A DNA stretch of 54,969 bases from an uncultured Intrasporangiaceae bacterium. GTDB lineage: Bacteria; Actinomycetota; Actinomycetes; Actinomycetales; Dermatophilaceae. This document shows positions 9,751 to 19,157 of this stretch, piece after piece; the first letter of the stretch is position 1, and every line of letters begins with the position of its first letter. Under the pieces are notes generated by a model. That model was not told the DNA's origin. It ran no database searches and was given only the letters and a program-made list of their open reading frames with translations. A program made the translations under genes and the position numbers. The DNA is taken from NCBI GenBank assembly GCA_964566985.1, contig CAZMLG010000001.1, forward strand, positions 1 through 54,969, given 5' to 3'.

Positions 9751-10176
9751 ATGACGCCACAGGACTCGCATCGCGAAATCACCATCACCCGAGACGCGGC
9801 CGGACAGTTCACCGCAGGCAACGCCGAGGGGGCCCGATTGCCGTTCGGCCGTGGAGAAGGACTCTTCACGCCCGTCGAACTGCTGCTCACGGCCATCGCG
9901 GGGTGCTCCGCGATCGACGTCGACATCCTCACGTCCCGCCGCGCCGAGCCGGACACGTTCTCCGTGACCGCCGGTGGGGAGAAGCTGCGGGACGACCAGG
10001 GCAACCACATGGGCCCGATCGATGTGACCTTCACCGTGCGCTTCCCCGAGGGCGAGGACGGGGATGCGGCTCGTGATGTGCTTCCCGACGCGGTGCAGCG
10101 CTCGAGTGACCGTCTGTGTACGGTCAGTCGCACCGTGAAATTGCCGACCGACGTCACGATGCACATCGACGGGTGA
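9751..10176 (+). CDS. OsmC family protein
   Basis: FTPVELLLTAIAGCS...LCTVSRT two-cysteine OsmC pattern. Confidence 0.85.
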   Translation: MTPQDSHREITITRDAAGQFTAGNAEGARLPFGRGEGLFTPVELLLTAIAGCSAIDVDILTSRRAEPDTFSVTAGGEKLRDDQGNHMGPIDVTFTVRFPEGEDGDAARDVLPDAVQRSSDRLCTVSRTVKLPTDVTMHIDG

Positions 10177-10243
10177 TCCGACGGTGATCCGCGAACTGGC
10201 GCGGCGGTGGTCGGGGTCGGCCGCGTCGGGTTAGCGTGACCCC

Positions 10244-10864
10244 ATGGCCAAGTATGTCGACGTGCACCCGAAGGATCCTCAGCCGCGGCGCATCGGTCAG
10301 ATGGTCGATCTGTTGCGCGACGGAGGGTTGATCGCCTACCCGACCGACTCGTGTTTCGCGCTGGGCTGCATGCTCGGCAACACGGCGGGCAAGGAGCGCA
10401 TCGCGGCCATCCGCCATCTGGACAGCAAGCATCACTTCACCCTGGTGTGTCGAGACTTCGCCCAACTCGGTCAGCTCGTCCAGATCGACAACCGGGTCTT
10501 CCGCGCGATCAAGGCGGCCACGCCCGGGCGCTACACCTTCATCCTCCCGGCGACCTCGGAGGTGCCACGACGCCTGATGCAGCCCAAGAAGCGGACCGTC
10601 GGGGTCCGGCTGGTCAGTCATCCCGTGGTGCGGGTGCTGCTGGAGCAGTTGGGCGAGCCGATCCTGTCCAGCACGTTGCTTCTCCCCGGCGAGGAGGAGC
10701 CGCTCGTGGACGGGTGGCAGATCAAGGAGGAGCTCGACCATCAGGTGGACGCGGTGATCGACTCGGGCGAGTGCGGCGTGGAGCCGACGACCGTGGTCGA
10801 CTTCGCCGACGGCATACCCGAGGTGGTTCGGGTCGGAGCCGGTGACCCGACACCGTTCGAGTGA
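10244..10864 (+). CDS. Sua5/YciO/YrdC family protein (YciO-like)
   Basis: YPTDSCFALGC, PGRYTFIL, KKRTVGVR and PTTVVD motifs; TAGCGT-N6-ATG leaderless start. Confidence 0.88.
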   Translation: MAKYVDVHPKDPQPRRIGQMVDLLRDGGLIAYPTDSCFALGCMLGNTAGKERIAAIRHLDSKHHFTLVCRDFAQLGQLVQIDNRVFRAIKAATPGRYTFILPATSEVPRRLMQPKKRTVGVRLVSHPVVRVLLEQLGEPILSSTLLLPGEEEPLVDGWQIKEELDHQVDAVIDSGECGVEPTTVVDFADGIPEVVRVGAGDPTPFE

Positions 10865-10913
10865 TCACCGCCGATTCGCGCACGTGACATTCCTGGCTGC
10901 GTAGGCTGTGCCC

Positions 10914-11315
10914 ATGATCATCGTCACGACACCAGACGTCCCCGGCTTCCGCACGCTCGGCACCTACGGTGAGGTCTTCGGGCTCACCGTGAGGTCCCGC
11001 AACCTGGGATCCAACATCGGCGCCGGCTTCAAGGCCATGGCCGGTGGTGAGATGAAGGGCATCACCCAGCTCCTGACCGAATGCCGCCAGGAGGCGCTGC
11101 ACCGCTTGGCGACCGAGGCCCAGAACCGCGGCGCGAACGCGGTGGCGGCATTCCGTTTCGAGACGACGGAATACGGCGGCACCGGCATCGAGGTGTGCGC
11201 GTATGGCACGGCGATCGCCGTCGAACCGTTGCAGCAGCAGGGGGCGCCCGCGCAACAGGCTCAGCAGAACCAGCCGATGCAGGGCCAGCAGTTGCCCGGT
11301 CAGCCGGCTCAGTAG
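10914..11315 (+). CDS. YbjQ/UPF0145 family protein with a Gln-rich tail
   Basis: GEVFGLTVRSRN...GGE...GANAV...AYGTA; TAGGCT-N6-ATG. Confidence 0.88.
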   Translation: MIIVTTPDVPGFRTLGTYGEVFGLTVRSRNLGSNIGAGFKAMAGGEMKGITQLLTECRQEALHRLATEAQNRGANAVAAFRFETTEYGGTGIEVCAYGTAIAVEPLQQQGAPAQQAQQNQPMQGQQLPGQPAQ

Positions 11316-11377
11316 GCGTCCGGCGGCGGCCGGGTCCGCCCCGTGCGCAGGGGCGGGCCGCGTGGGACAATCGGCCC

Positions 11378-12370
11378 ATGAGCCGTGCATTGTTCGTGAC
11401 CGACCATGGCGACCGCTCCGTGCTGCAGGTGCGCGACCACGACCTTCCCGACCCGGAGCCGGACCAGGTGCAGGTGCGGGTCGCCGCCTCCGGCGTCAAC
11501 TTCATCGACGTCTACAAGCGCCAGGGCGTGTATCCGTTGCCGACCCCGTTCGTCGCGGGTGAGGAGGCGGCCGGGACGGTCGAGGCGGTGGGCGCCGACG
11601 TGTCCGGTGTCGCGGTCGGGGACCGGGTCGCCTGGGTGCAGTACGACGGCAGCCACGCCGAACTGGCCAACGTGCCCGCGTCGTTCGTCGTCCCCGTGCC
11701 CGACGGCCTCGAGCTCGATCTGGCGGCCGCAAGCATGTTGCAGGGGATGACCGCCCACTATCTGGTGCGCTCCACCTGGCCGGTCCAGGAGGGACAGGTG
11801 GCCTTGGTGCACGCCGCGGCGGGCGGTGTCGGCCAACTGCTCGTCCAGATGATCACCGCGCGCGGAGCACAGGTGGTGGCGACCGCCGGATCCGACGAGA
11901 AGCTGCGGATCGCCGGTGAGCTGGGTGCGTCACATCTGATCAACTATCGCGAATTCGACGGCCGCCCGGACGAGCTCGCCGCGCGAGTGCGGGAGATGGT
12001 GGGCGCCGGCGTGGACGTGGCCTACGACGGCGTGGGCAAGGCGACGTTCGACGCGTCCTTGAAGTCGTTGCGCCCGCGAGGCATGCTCGTGCTGTTCGGC
12101 GGGGCGAGCGGGCAGGTGCCGCCGTTCGACCTGCAGCAACTCAACGCGCACGGGTCGCTCTTCGTCACCCGACCGACCCTGCTGAGCTACATCCAGGATC
12201 GTGCAGAACTGTCCTGGCGGGCCGGTGAGGTGTTCGGGTCGCTGGCCGACGGTTCGCTGAAGCTGCAGATCGGTGGCAGCTACGCGCTGGAGGGTGCGGC
12301 AGATGCGTACGAGGCGTTGGAAGGTCGCCGATCCACCGGCAAGCTGATCTTCCGTCCTACGACGTCCTGA
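11378..12370 (+). CDS. qor: NADPH:quinone oxidoreductase (zeta-crystallin/MDR family)
   Basis: GVNFID, QGMTAHYL, HAAAGGVG, YDGVGKATF and GSLFVTRP motifs. Confidence 0.9.
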   Translation: MSRALFVTDHGDRSVLQVRDHDLPDPEPDQVQVRVAASGVNFIDVYKRQGVYPLPTPFVAGEEAAGTVEAVGADVSGVAVGDRVAWVQYDGSHAELANVPASFVVPVPDGLELDLAAASMLQGMTAHYLVRSTWPVQEGQVALVHAAAGGVGQLLVQMITARGAQVVATAGSDEKLRIAGELGASHLINYREFDGRPDELAARVREMVGAGVDVAYDGVGKATFDASLKSLRPRGMLVLFGGASGQVPPFDLQQLNAHGSLFVTRPTLLSYIQDRAELSWRAGEVFGSLADGSLKLQIGGSYALEGAADAYEALEGRRSTGKLIFRPTTS

Positions 12371-12461
12371 GGCGCACGGAGCCGGGCGCGACCCCGGCGG
12401 ACCGAGTCGTCCGCTGACGAACCAGCCGGAGGTGGGCCTGGCCCACCCGACCGTCCGGGCC

Positions 12462-13991
12462 TCAGTGGACCTGCCGGTCGTGCCCGGCCCAGAACGGCTC
12501 ACGGAGTTTGAATTTCTGCAGCTTGCCGGTCGCGGTGCGCGGTAGTTCGTCGACGAAGTCGATCCGCTTGGGGCACTTGTATCCGGCGAGTTGGGCCCGA
12601 CAGTGCGCGATGAGATCATCCGGTGTCACGGTGTCGTCGGCGCGCACGACGAGCCCGGTGACCAGTTCGCCCCACTTCTCGTCCGGTATGCCGATCACGG
12701 CGACCTCTCGCACTCCGTCATGCGACATGAGCGCGTCCTCGACCTCGATGGACGAGACATTCTCGCCACCGGAGATGATCACGTCCTTCTTACGGTCGGA
12801 GATGACCAGATAACCCTCGTCGTCGACGTATCCGCCGTCTCCGGTGTGGAACCACCCACCCGCCTGTGCGCGCTCGGTCTCCTCGGGCTGCTGCCAATAG
12901 GCGTGCAGATTGTGATTCGAGGCCGTGATCACCTCTCCGGTCGAGTCGACGTCGTTGCGCACGCCCAGCGCCGGCGCGCCGGCGCGCATCAGCTTGCGCG
13001 CCTTGTCGTGTGACGAGAGGTCGTCCCACTCCTCGCGCATGCGGTTGATCGTCATGATCGGGGCCGTCTCGGTGAGGCCGTAGATCTGACAGAACTCCCA
13101 GCCGAGTTCGTCCATGACGCGCTCGATGGTCTTCGACGGCGGGGGAGCGCCGGCCACGATGATGCGCACCTTGTCGCGCCCGGGGATCGGTCCCTCCCAA
13201 CGGGACGCGCCGTCCAGCGCTGCGCTGACGACCGCCGGGGCCGCGCACATCACGGTCACCCCATGGCGCTCGACCCGCCGCAGGATCTCGGTGCCGTCGA
13301 CCTGCCGCAACACGATGTGGCGCCCGCCCAGCCCGGTCACGCCATACGGCATCCCCCATCCGTTGGCGTGGAACATCGGCAGCGTGTGCAGATAGACGTC
13401 GTGATCACCGATGCCTGCGTGCAGTGCGAAGACCGTCGCGTTGAGCCAGAGGCTGCGGTGCGTGAGCTGCACACCCTTCGGACGCGCCGTGGTGCCGGAG
13501 GTGTAGTTGATCGTGGCCGTGGCCGACTCGTCCGGCTCGGCCCACGGGCGTGGCTCGACGTCACGCACGTAGAGATGGTCGTCGTCCCCCAGCAGGAACT
13601 TGTGCGGGACGTCGAGGCCGGCCAGCGTGTCCCGGAGCGAGGGGTCGGCGTACACGACCTCGGCACCGGAGTGATGCACGATGTAGTCGATCTCCGCCTG
13701 GGCCATCCGGAAATTGATCGGGACCAGGATGCGGCCCCAGGCGCTCACCCCGAAGAACGAGGTGAGCAGCCGGGCCGAGTTCTGGGAGATGACGGCCACC
13801 CGCCCTCCGGTGGGCACGCCGAGCGTGTCGAGTTTGGCGGCCTGCGCCCGCGCGTTCTCGGCCATCCGCCGATACGTGAGTTCGCCGAGGCTCGCCGCAG
13901 GCTGGTCGGGCTCGTCGACGACGGCGACCCGATCGGGGTAGACCTGTTCGGCCCGGTCGAGGAAATCGCGGACTGTGAGCGGGTAGTACAC
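12462..13991 (-). CDS. AMP-binding acyl-CoA synthetase
   Basis: YTSGTTARPKG, PMFHANGW, YGLTET, FHTGD, DRKKDVIISGGENV and LPRTATGK motifs. Confidence 0.9.
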   Translation of the reverse strand: MYYPLTVRDFLDRAEQVYPDRVAVVDEPDQPAASLGELTYRRMAENARAQAAKLDTLGVPTGGRVAVISQNSARLLTSFFGVSAWGRILVPINFRMAQAEIDYIVHHSGAEVVYADPSLRDTLAGLDVPHKFLLGDDDHLYVRDVEPRPWAEPDESATATINYTSGTTARPKGVQLTHRSLWLNATVFALHAGIGDHDVYLHTLPMFHANGWGMPYGVTGLGGRHIVLRQVDGTEILRRVERHGVTVMCAAPAVVSAALDGASRWEGPIPGRDKVRIIVAGAPPPSKTIERVMDELGWEFCQIYGLTETAPIMTINRMREEWDDLSSHDKARKLMRAGAPALGVRNDVDSTGEVITASNHNLHAYWQQPEETERAQAGGWFHTGDGGYVDDEGYLVISDRKKDVIISGGENVSSIEVEDALMSHDGVREVAVIGIPDEKWGELVTGLVVRADDTVTPDDLIAHCRAQLAGYKCPKRIDFVDELPRTATGKLQKFKLREPFWAGHDRQVH

Positions 13992-14088
13992 CGTGCACCT
14001 CCAAGGATTCGCCGATCTGTGTCTTGATTACACCGGAGATCGACGGGTTTGTCAGGGGGTGACGGCGTCACGCGTCGCCGGCGCTCGG

Positions 14089-14676
14089 TCAGCCGGCGCT
14101 GAGCCCGAAGTCGTTGATGACCCCGGCCAGGCCGGACTCGTATCCCTGGCCGACGGCACGGAACTTCCACTCTCCGTTGTTGCGGTAGAGCTCGCCGAAG
14201 ACGAGTGCCGTCTCTGTGGCGGCGTCCTCGCCGAGGTCGAAGCGCACCTGGGTGTCGGAGTTGTCCGGGTGGTCCGCGTCATAGACGCGAATGTAGGCAT
14301 TGGACACCTGCCCGAAGTTCTGCCCCCGCTCGTCCGCCTGATCGATGCTGGCGAGGACGGCGATCTTCTCGACCGCCGCCGGGACGCGGGCGAGATCGAC
14401 GTTGATCGACTCGTCGTCGCCGGCGCCCTCCCCGGTGCGGTTGTCGCCCGAGTGCGCGACGGCGCCGGACGGATCCTGCTTGTTGTTGTAGAAGACGAAG
14501 TGGGTCTCGTCGACCGCCTTGCCGTTCGCGTCACACAAGATGGCGGAGGCGTCCAGGTCGAACTGGGCGCCGTCGGTGGTGCGCACGTCCCACCCGAGGC
14601 CGACGACGGCCCGGGTCATCCCGGGGGCGGCCTTGGCGAGCGAGACGTTGCCGCCCTTCTTGAGGTTGACGGTCAT
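14089..14676 (-). CDS. terD: TerD family stress protein (solo)
   Basis: GLGWD, FDLDASA, FVFYNN, GDNRTGEGAGDDE and WKFRAVGQG motifs; AAGGAGG RBS. Confidence 0.9.
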   Translation of the reverse strand: MTVNLKKGGNVSLAKAAPGMTRAVVGLGWDVRTTDGAQFDLDASAILCDANGKAVDETHFVFYNNKQDPSGAVAHSGDNRTGEGAGDDESINVDLARVPAAVEKIAVLASIDQADERGQNFGQVSNAYIRVYDADHPDNSDTQVRFDLGEDAATETALVFGELYRNNGEWKFRAVGQGYESGLAGVINDFGLSAG

Positions 14677-14749
14677 GGGGAGGTCCTCCTTCGACGATGA
14701 CGTGCCCCCTGGGCGGGAACGGCCCCCAGCCTACGTCAGCGCATGACGC

Positions 14750-14784
14750 AGCGGACCCCGGAGCACGAGGCTCCGGGGTCCGCT
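14750..14784 (-). terminator. Strong hairpin downstream of rpf, probably its terminator
   Basis: Perfect 15-bp stem AGCGGACCCCGGAGC/GCTCCGGGGTCCGCT with a 5-nt loop; no long U tract, which is common in actinobacteria. Confidence 0.7.
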
Positions 14785-14798
14785 CGACGCTGCGGCGA

Positions 14799-15479
14799 TC
14801 AGGCCGGCAGGTGCAGGGTCTGGCCCACGAAGATCAGGTTGGGGTCGCTGACCGTGTTGGTGTTGGCCTTCCACAGGCTCTGCCAGCTGCTGACGTGGTA
14901 ACGCTGCGCGAGCTTGGACAGGGTGTCACCGGCCTTGACGGTGATCGTCTTGTCGCTCTGCGGCGCCTGATGGCGCGGCTGCTGCGTCGGGGCCTGCTGC
15001 TGCTGCGGGGCCTGGCGCTGGGTGGAGCGCGACGTGTCGTTCTGCTGCGAGTGACGCGGGGTGTAGTCCTGGTTGTTCTGCTGCTCGGGAGCCTTCGGAG
15101 CGGTGTAGCCGCTGCTGCCACCGTTGGTGGCGGTGAGGCCGGCCTTCACCGAGCACACCGGCCAGGCGCCGGGGCCCTGCGCGGCGAGCACGCGCTGCGC
15201 GACGGCGATCTGCTGCGAGCGGCTGGCCTGGTTCGGCATACCGCTGCCGCCGAACGCGTGCCAGGTGGACAGGGTGAACTGCAGGCCACCGTAGAAGCCG
15301 TTTCCGGTGTTGATCGACCAGTTGCCACCGGACTCGCACTGTGCGACGCGGTCCCACACTCCGCTGCTGGCGGCGTGAGCGGTGCCGGCGGCACCCATGG
15401 ACAGGCCGGCCACGGCGGTGGCGCCGGTGGCGAGGAGAGCGGCCTTGCGGGTGCGGCTGTTCATCATGCGGTTGGTCAA
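14799..15479 (-). CDS. rpf: Resuscitation-promoting factor (transglycosylase-like Rpf domain, Gln-rich linker, LysM), secreted
   Basis: Signal peptide ending AHA; WDRVAQCESGGNWSINTGNGFYGGLQF...QGPGAWPVC; LysM VKAGDTLSKLA...NLIFVGQTL; the start is TTG 15479 (after GAGAGG) or ATG 15467. Confidence 0.93.
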   Translation of the reverse strand: MTNRMMNSRTRKAALLATGATAVAGLSMGAAGTAHAASSGVWDRVAQCESGGNWSINTGNGFYGGLQFTLSTWHAFGGSGMPNQASRSQQIAVAQRVLAAQGPGAWPVCSVKAGLTATNGGSSGYTAPKAPEQQNNQDYTPRHSQQNDTSRSTQRQAPQQQQAPTQQPRHQAPQSDKTITVKAGDTLSKLAQRYHVSSWQSLWKANTNTVSDPNLIFVGQTLHLPA

Positions 15480-15695
15480 GGGGTGTCCTCTCGTATGGTC
15501 AGTGGGCATACAGCGGCCCGATCTGGGCATGGTGCTGCGTGCGCCCTCCGTGCGTGGGGCACAAAGGTGCGGTGAACTCGACCTGACGGTCAGCGGCTCA
15601 CCTCGCCCGGGACGGTCCTGGATGACCCGAGCGTGACGGCGTTGTCATGGGTAACAGCGCGCGCCGATACCAAAACGTTACGCAAATTTGAAGAA

Positions 15696-15711
15696 TGTGA
15701 CGTGTTTCACA
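15696..15711. promoter_or_regulatory. CRP/GlxR binding site upstream of rpf
   Basis: TGTGA-CGTGTT-TCACA is a perfect TGTGA-N6-TCACA consensus and sits in an AT-rich patch. Confidence 0.8.
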
Positions 15712-15765
15712 TGTCGAGAGTGGATCGGTGGGGCCATCCGGACGCCTCCGAGCCGAGGCGACCGG

Positions 15766-16602
15766 TCACATCTCCTCGTGAGTCTCCGGGTCGCCACCGA
15801 ACAGCCGCCCGTCCGGGCGCCCGAGCGCGGTGATCGCCGCCATCTCGTCGTCGCTGAGACCGAACCCGAACACCTCCAGGTTGCTGCGCTGGCGGCTCGG
15901 TGTCGCCGACTTGGGGATCGGGAGCGACCCGAGCTGCACGTGCCACCGCAGGATCACCTGGGCCGGCGTGACGCCGTGGCGTTGCGCGGCCGTGGCGACG
16001 GCCGGCTCGGTGAACGGTGCCTGTCGCTTGCCCAGCGGGCTCCACGCCTCGGTGAGGACGCCGCGTGCGGCGTTGGCCTGTCGCATCTGCGCCTGCGGGA
16101 AGTAGGGGTGCAGCTCGATCTGGTTGACCGTGGGCATCACGCCGGTTTCGTCCGCGACGCTGTCCAGGTGTTCCGACGTGAAGTTGCACACGCCGATCGT
16201 GCGCACCAGGCCCTCCGCCTGCAGGTCGATCAGCGCCTTCCACGCCTCGGCATACATGCCCCGGCTCGGGTTGGGCCAGTGGATCAGGTGCACGTCGAGA
16301 TAGTCGAGGCCGAGTCGGTCCAGCGAGTCGTGAGTGGAGCGGATCGCGTCGTCGTAGGCGTGGTCGCGGCCCGGAATCTTGCTGGTGACCTGGATCTCGT
16401 CGCGGGGGACGCCGGACCGGCGGATCGCCTCACCGACCTCCGCCTCGTTGTCGTAGTTGACCGCCGTGTCCAACAGCCGGTAGCCCTGCTCGAGCGCGGA
16501 CACGATGGCGCTCACGCCGTCCGCTCCCTTCATCGGGTAGGTGCCGAAGCCGACCGCCGGCAGAGTCGTGCCGTCGGTGAGTTCGCGTGTGAGGACTGTC
16601 AT
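15766..16602 (-). CDS. Aldo/keto reductase (2,5-diketo-D-gluconate reductase-like)
   Basis: GFGTY, DTAVNYDNE, LIHWP, NQIELHP and IPKS motifs. Confidence 0.9.
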   Translation of the reverse strand: MTVLTRELTDGTTLPAVGFGTYPMKGADGVSAIVSALEQGYRLLDTAVNYDNEAEVGEAIRRSGVPRDEIQVTSKIPGRDHAYDDAIRSTHDSLDRLGLDYLDVHLIHWPNPSRGMYAEAWKALIDLQAEGLVRTIGVCNFTSEHLDSVADETGVMPTVNQIELHPYFPQAQMRQANAARGVLTEAWSPLGKRQAPFTEPAVATAAQRHGVTPAQVILRWHVQLGSLPIPKSATPSRQRSNLEVFGFGLSDDEMAAITALGRPDGRLFGGDPETHEEM

Positions 16603-16672
16603 GTCTCCAACGTAGGCGACATGGCGCGGCCCGGGCGACCCCGCTTGCCGTGGACGCAGCAGGCGGCGTGAA

Positions 16673-18283
16673 TCAGTGGTGGATGCCGTCCACCAGCTCA
16701 CGGACGACGCCCAGGCGCTCATCCAAGGTGATCGGTCGGCCGGTCGCGTCGGGCCGCGTCTGCCAGGGGAGAGGGCCACGCTCCGGCCGGTACTCCACCC
16801 CGAGGGCTTCCAGGCGTCGCAGGTGGTGCGTCAGGCGTCGGCGGAAGTCGGACAGGTCACGCGGGCCGGCCGACCAGAGTGCCTCGGCGACGGCACACAG
16901 TCGAGGGAACGCGTAGTAGTCGCGCATTCGCGCCGAGTCGATGTGCTCGGACCACAGGTTCGCCTGGCCACCCAGGACACGAGCGGCCTCGTCATCGCTC
17001 AGACCCGCCGGGATCGGGTCGAGCGCATAGCAGCGGTCCAGAGGCAGGGGACTGCCGACCGGGATCGGCTCGTCGTCACGTTCTGATTGCCGGTAGTCGA
17101 GGTAGGCCTCGGTGTCGGGGCAGGCCACGACGTCGTGACCACGCCTGGCCGCGACGGCGGCACCGGTCATGCCGCGCCAGGAAGCGATCACGGTGGAGGT
17201 CGGCACGTCACCCTCGAGAAGTTCGTCCCACCCGTACATGCGCCGACCCCGCCGGGCCAGATGGGCACCGATGCGCGTCATGAACCACGCTTGGAGATCT
17301 CGTTCGCGCGCGATTCCGCGCGCGTGCATCAACTCCTGCGTGCGGGGATCCTGCTCCCACTGATCGGTGGGGCACTCGTCGCCGCCGACCCCGATGATCT
17401 CGCTCGGGAAGAGGTCGACGATCTCGTCGAGCACCTGCTCGAAGAACCGGACGGTCTCCTCCTCCAGGTTGAGCACGTGTCGGCTGATGCTCCAGGTGGT
17501 GCGGACCCGCACGTCGTCGGCGTTCGTTCCCAGCTGTGGGTATGCCGCGACGGCCGCCTGGACGTGACCGGGCATCTCGATCTCCGGGACGATCGTGATG
17601 CCGCGCTCGGCGGCATACCCGACGAGCTCACGAAGGTCGTCCTGGGTGTAGAAGCCGCCGTGCGGGCGGCGATCGCTGGGTGCATCTGCGCCGTCGCCGA
17701 CCTGGCTGGCATCGCGCCACGCACCGATCTCGGTCAGCCGTGGGAAACGTCTGATCTCGACGCGCCACCCCTGATCGTCGGTGAGATGGAGGTGCAACGT
17801 GTTGAGCCGGTGCATGCTCATCAGGTCGATGAAGCGCATCACCTCCCGCTTCGGCAGGAAGTGCCGGACGACGTCCAACATCACGCCGCGCCAGGCGAAT
17901 CGGGGTGAGTCTTCGATATGGCAGCAGGGGATGACCCAGTCCGTCCCGGGCACTGGTGCACGGCGGTGAACGGCCGGTGGCAACAGCTGGAGCAGGGTCT
18001 GGCAGGCGAAGACCAGCCCGGCGCCGTCCGCTCCTCGTAGCCGCGCCCCCTCCGTGGTCACCTCGATCTCATAGGACTCGGGCCCTAGGCCGTCGTCGAG
18101 CTCGAGTCGGATGCCGTGGCCACCGGCGGTGATCGGCAGAGGCAGTCCGGTCGGTGGGGCGAGTTCGGATCGAAGCCAGGATGCCGCGGCAGCGGCCCCG
18201 TCTGCCGCGACGAGCGCGGTGGACGAGTCGATCCGGAACGTCCCTGGCAGGGGGACCTGGGTTTGTGGCCGGGGAATCACCAC
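16673..18283 (-). CDS. Beta-N-acetylhexosaminidase (GH20), cytoplasmic
   Basis: DSPRFAWRGVMLDVVRHF, HLTDDQGWR, PEIEMPGH, catalytic GGDE, WSE and FPRL motifs; no signal peptide. Confidence 0.92.
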   Translation of the reverse strand: MVIPRPQTQVPLPGTFRIDSSTALVAADGAAAAASWLRSELAPPTGLPLPITAGGHGIRLELDDGLGPESYEIEVTTEGARLRGADGAGLVFACQTLLQLLPPAVHRRAPVPGTDWVIPCCHIEDSPRFAWRGVMLDVVRHFLPKREVMRFIDLMSMHRLNTLHLHLTDDQGWRVEIRRFPRLTEIGAWRDASQVGDGADAPSDRRPHGGFYTQDDLRELVGYAAERGITIVPEIEMPGHVQAAVAAYPQLGTNADDVRVRTTWSISRHVLNLEEETVRFFEQVLDEIVDLFPSEIIGVGGDECPTDQWEQDPRTQELMHARGIARERDLQAWFMTRIGAHLARRGRRMYGWDELLEGDVPTSTVIASWRGMTGAAVAARRGHDVVACPDTEAYLDYRQSERDDEPIPVGSPLPLDRCYALDPIPAGLSDDEAARVLGGQANLWSEHIDSARMRDYYAFPRLCAVAEALWSAGPRDLSDFRRRLTHHLRRLEALGVEYRPERGPLPWQTRPDATGRPITLDERLGVVRELVDGIHH

Positions 18284-18287
18284 GGAG

Positions 18288-19157
18288 TCAGCCTTTCACG
18301 GCACCGGCCGACATGCCGGTGACCAGTCGTCGTTGAATGAACAGGAAGAAGATCACGACAGGCAAGGAGAACAACAACGATCCGGCCATCTGGCCGCCGA
18401 AATCGGTGCCCGTCATCGGAGTGGTGAACGATGCGAGCCACACCGGAAGCGTATACATCGTCTGACTCTTCATGAAGGTGTACGCGATCAGGTAGTCGTT
18501 CCACGCGGTGATGAAGGCAAAGATCCCGGTGGCGATCACGCCCGGGCCCACGAGCGGGAAGAGGATCCGTGTGAGCACCTGCCACGTCGAGCAGCCGTCG
18601 ATTCTCGCCGCCTCGTCGATCTCGATCGGGATCGCCACGTAGAAGCCACGCATGACCCAGATCGAAAAGGGCAGCACCGTGGCCACGTAAGCGAGGATGA
18701 GGCCATAGTAGGTGCCGAGCAGGTCGGCCCTGTTGAAGATGAGGAACATCGGGATCAGCAACGCGGTGATCGGCAACATCTGCACGATCAGCAGGATCAC
18801 CATCACCGGCCGCCGGCCCCGGAACTTGAAGCGCGACAGCGCCGCCGCCGCAAAGAATCCGAGGACGATGGAGATGATGACGGTAGCCAGCACCACGACG
18901 ACGCTGTTCCGCAGGTTCAAGAAGAAGTCCGTCTGCGTGATCGCGATCCGGAAATTGCGCCACGTCGGATGATGCGGGAAGAACATCGGAGTGGATGTCA
19001 TGACGTCCGCGCGTGGCTTGAACGCGGTGTTGATCATCCAGTAGACGGGAAGGATCCACACGAGGCTGAAGACGAGAGCCAGCGCGTTGGCCATTCGCCC
19101 GGTGCGTCGGCGTTTCGGCCTGGCGCGTCTGGGTTTCGCAGGTGCTGTGGTGGTCAC
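18288..19157 (-). CDS. Carbohydrate ABC transporter permease (MalG-like)
   Basis: EAARIDG EAA loop and six predicted TM segments; GTG overlaps the upstream permease stop. Confidence 0.9.
   Translation of the reverse strand: MTTTAPAKPRRARPKRRRTGRMANALALVFSLVWILPVYWMINTAFKPRADVMTSTPMFFPHHPTWRNFRIAITQTDFFLNLRNSVVVVLATVIISIVLGFFAAAALSRFKFRGRRPVMVILLIVQMLPITALLIPMFLIFNRADLLGTYYGLILAYVATVLPFSIWVMRGFYVAIPIEIDEAARIDGCSTWQVLTRILFPLVGPGVIATGIFAFITAWNDYLIAYTFMKSQTMYTLPVWLASFTTPMTGTDFGGQMAGSLLFSLPVVIFFLFIQRRLVTGMSAGAVKG

Noticed and set aside
15480-15720. c-di-AMP (ydaO) riboswitch upstream of rpf
   Set aside because: The hallmark GCCGAATCC, GGGGTGAA and CCCGTCAGCTAAC-like segments were not found on the coding strand
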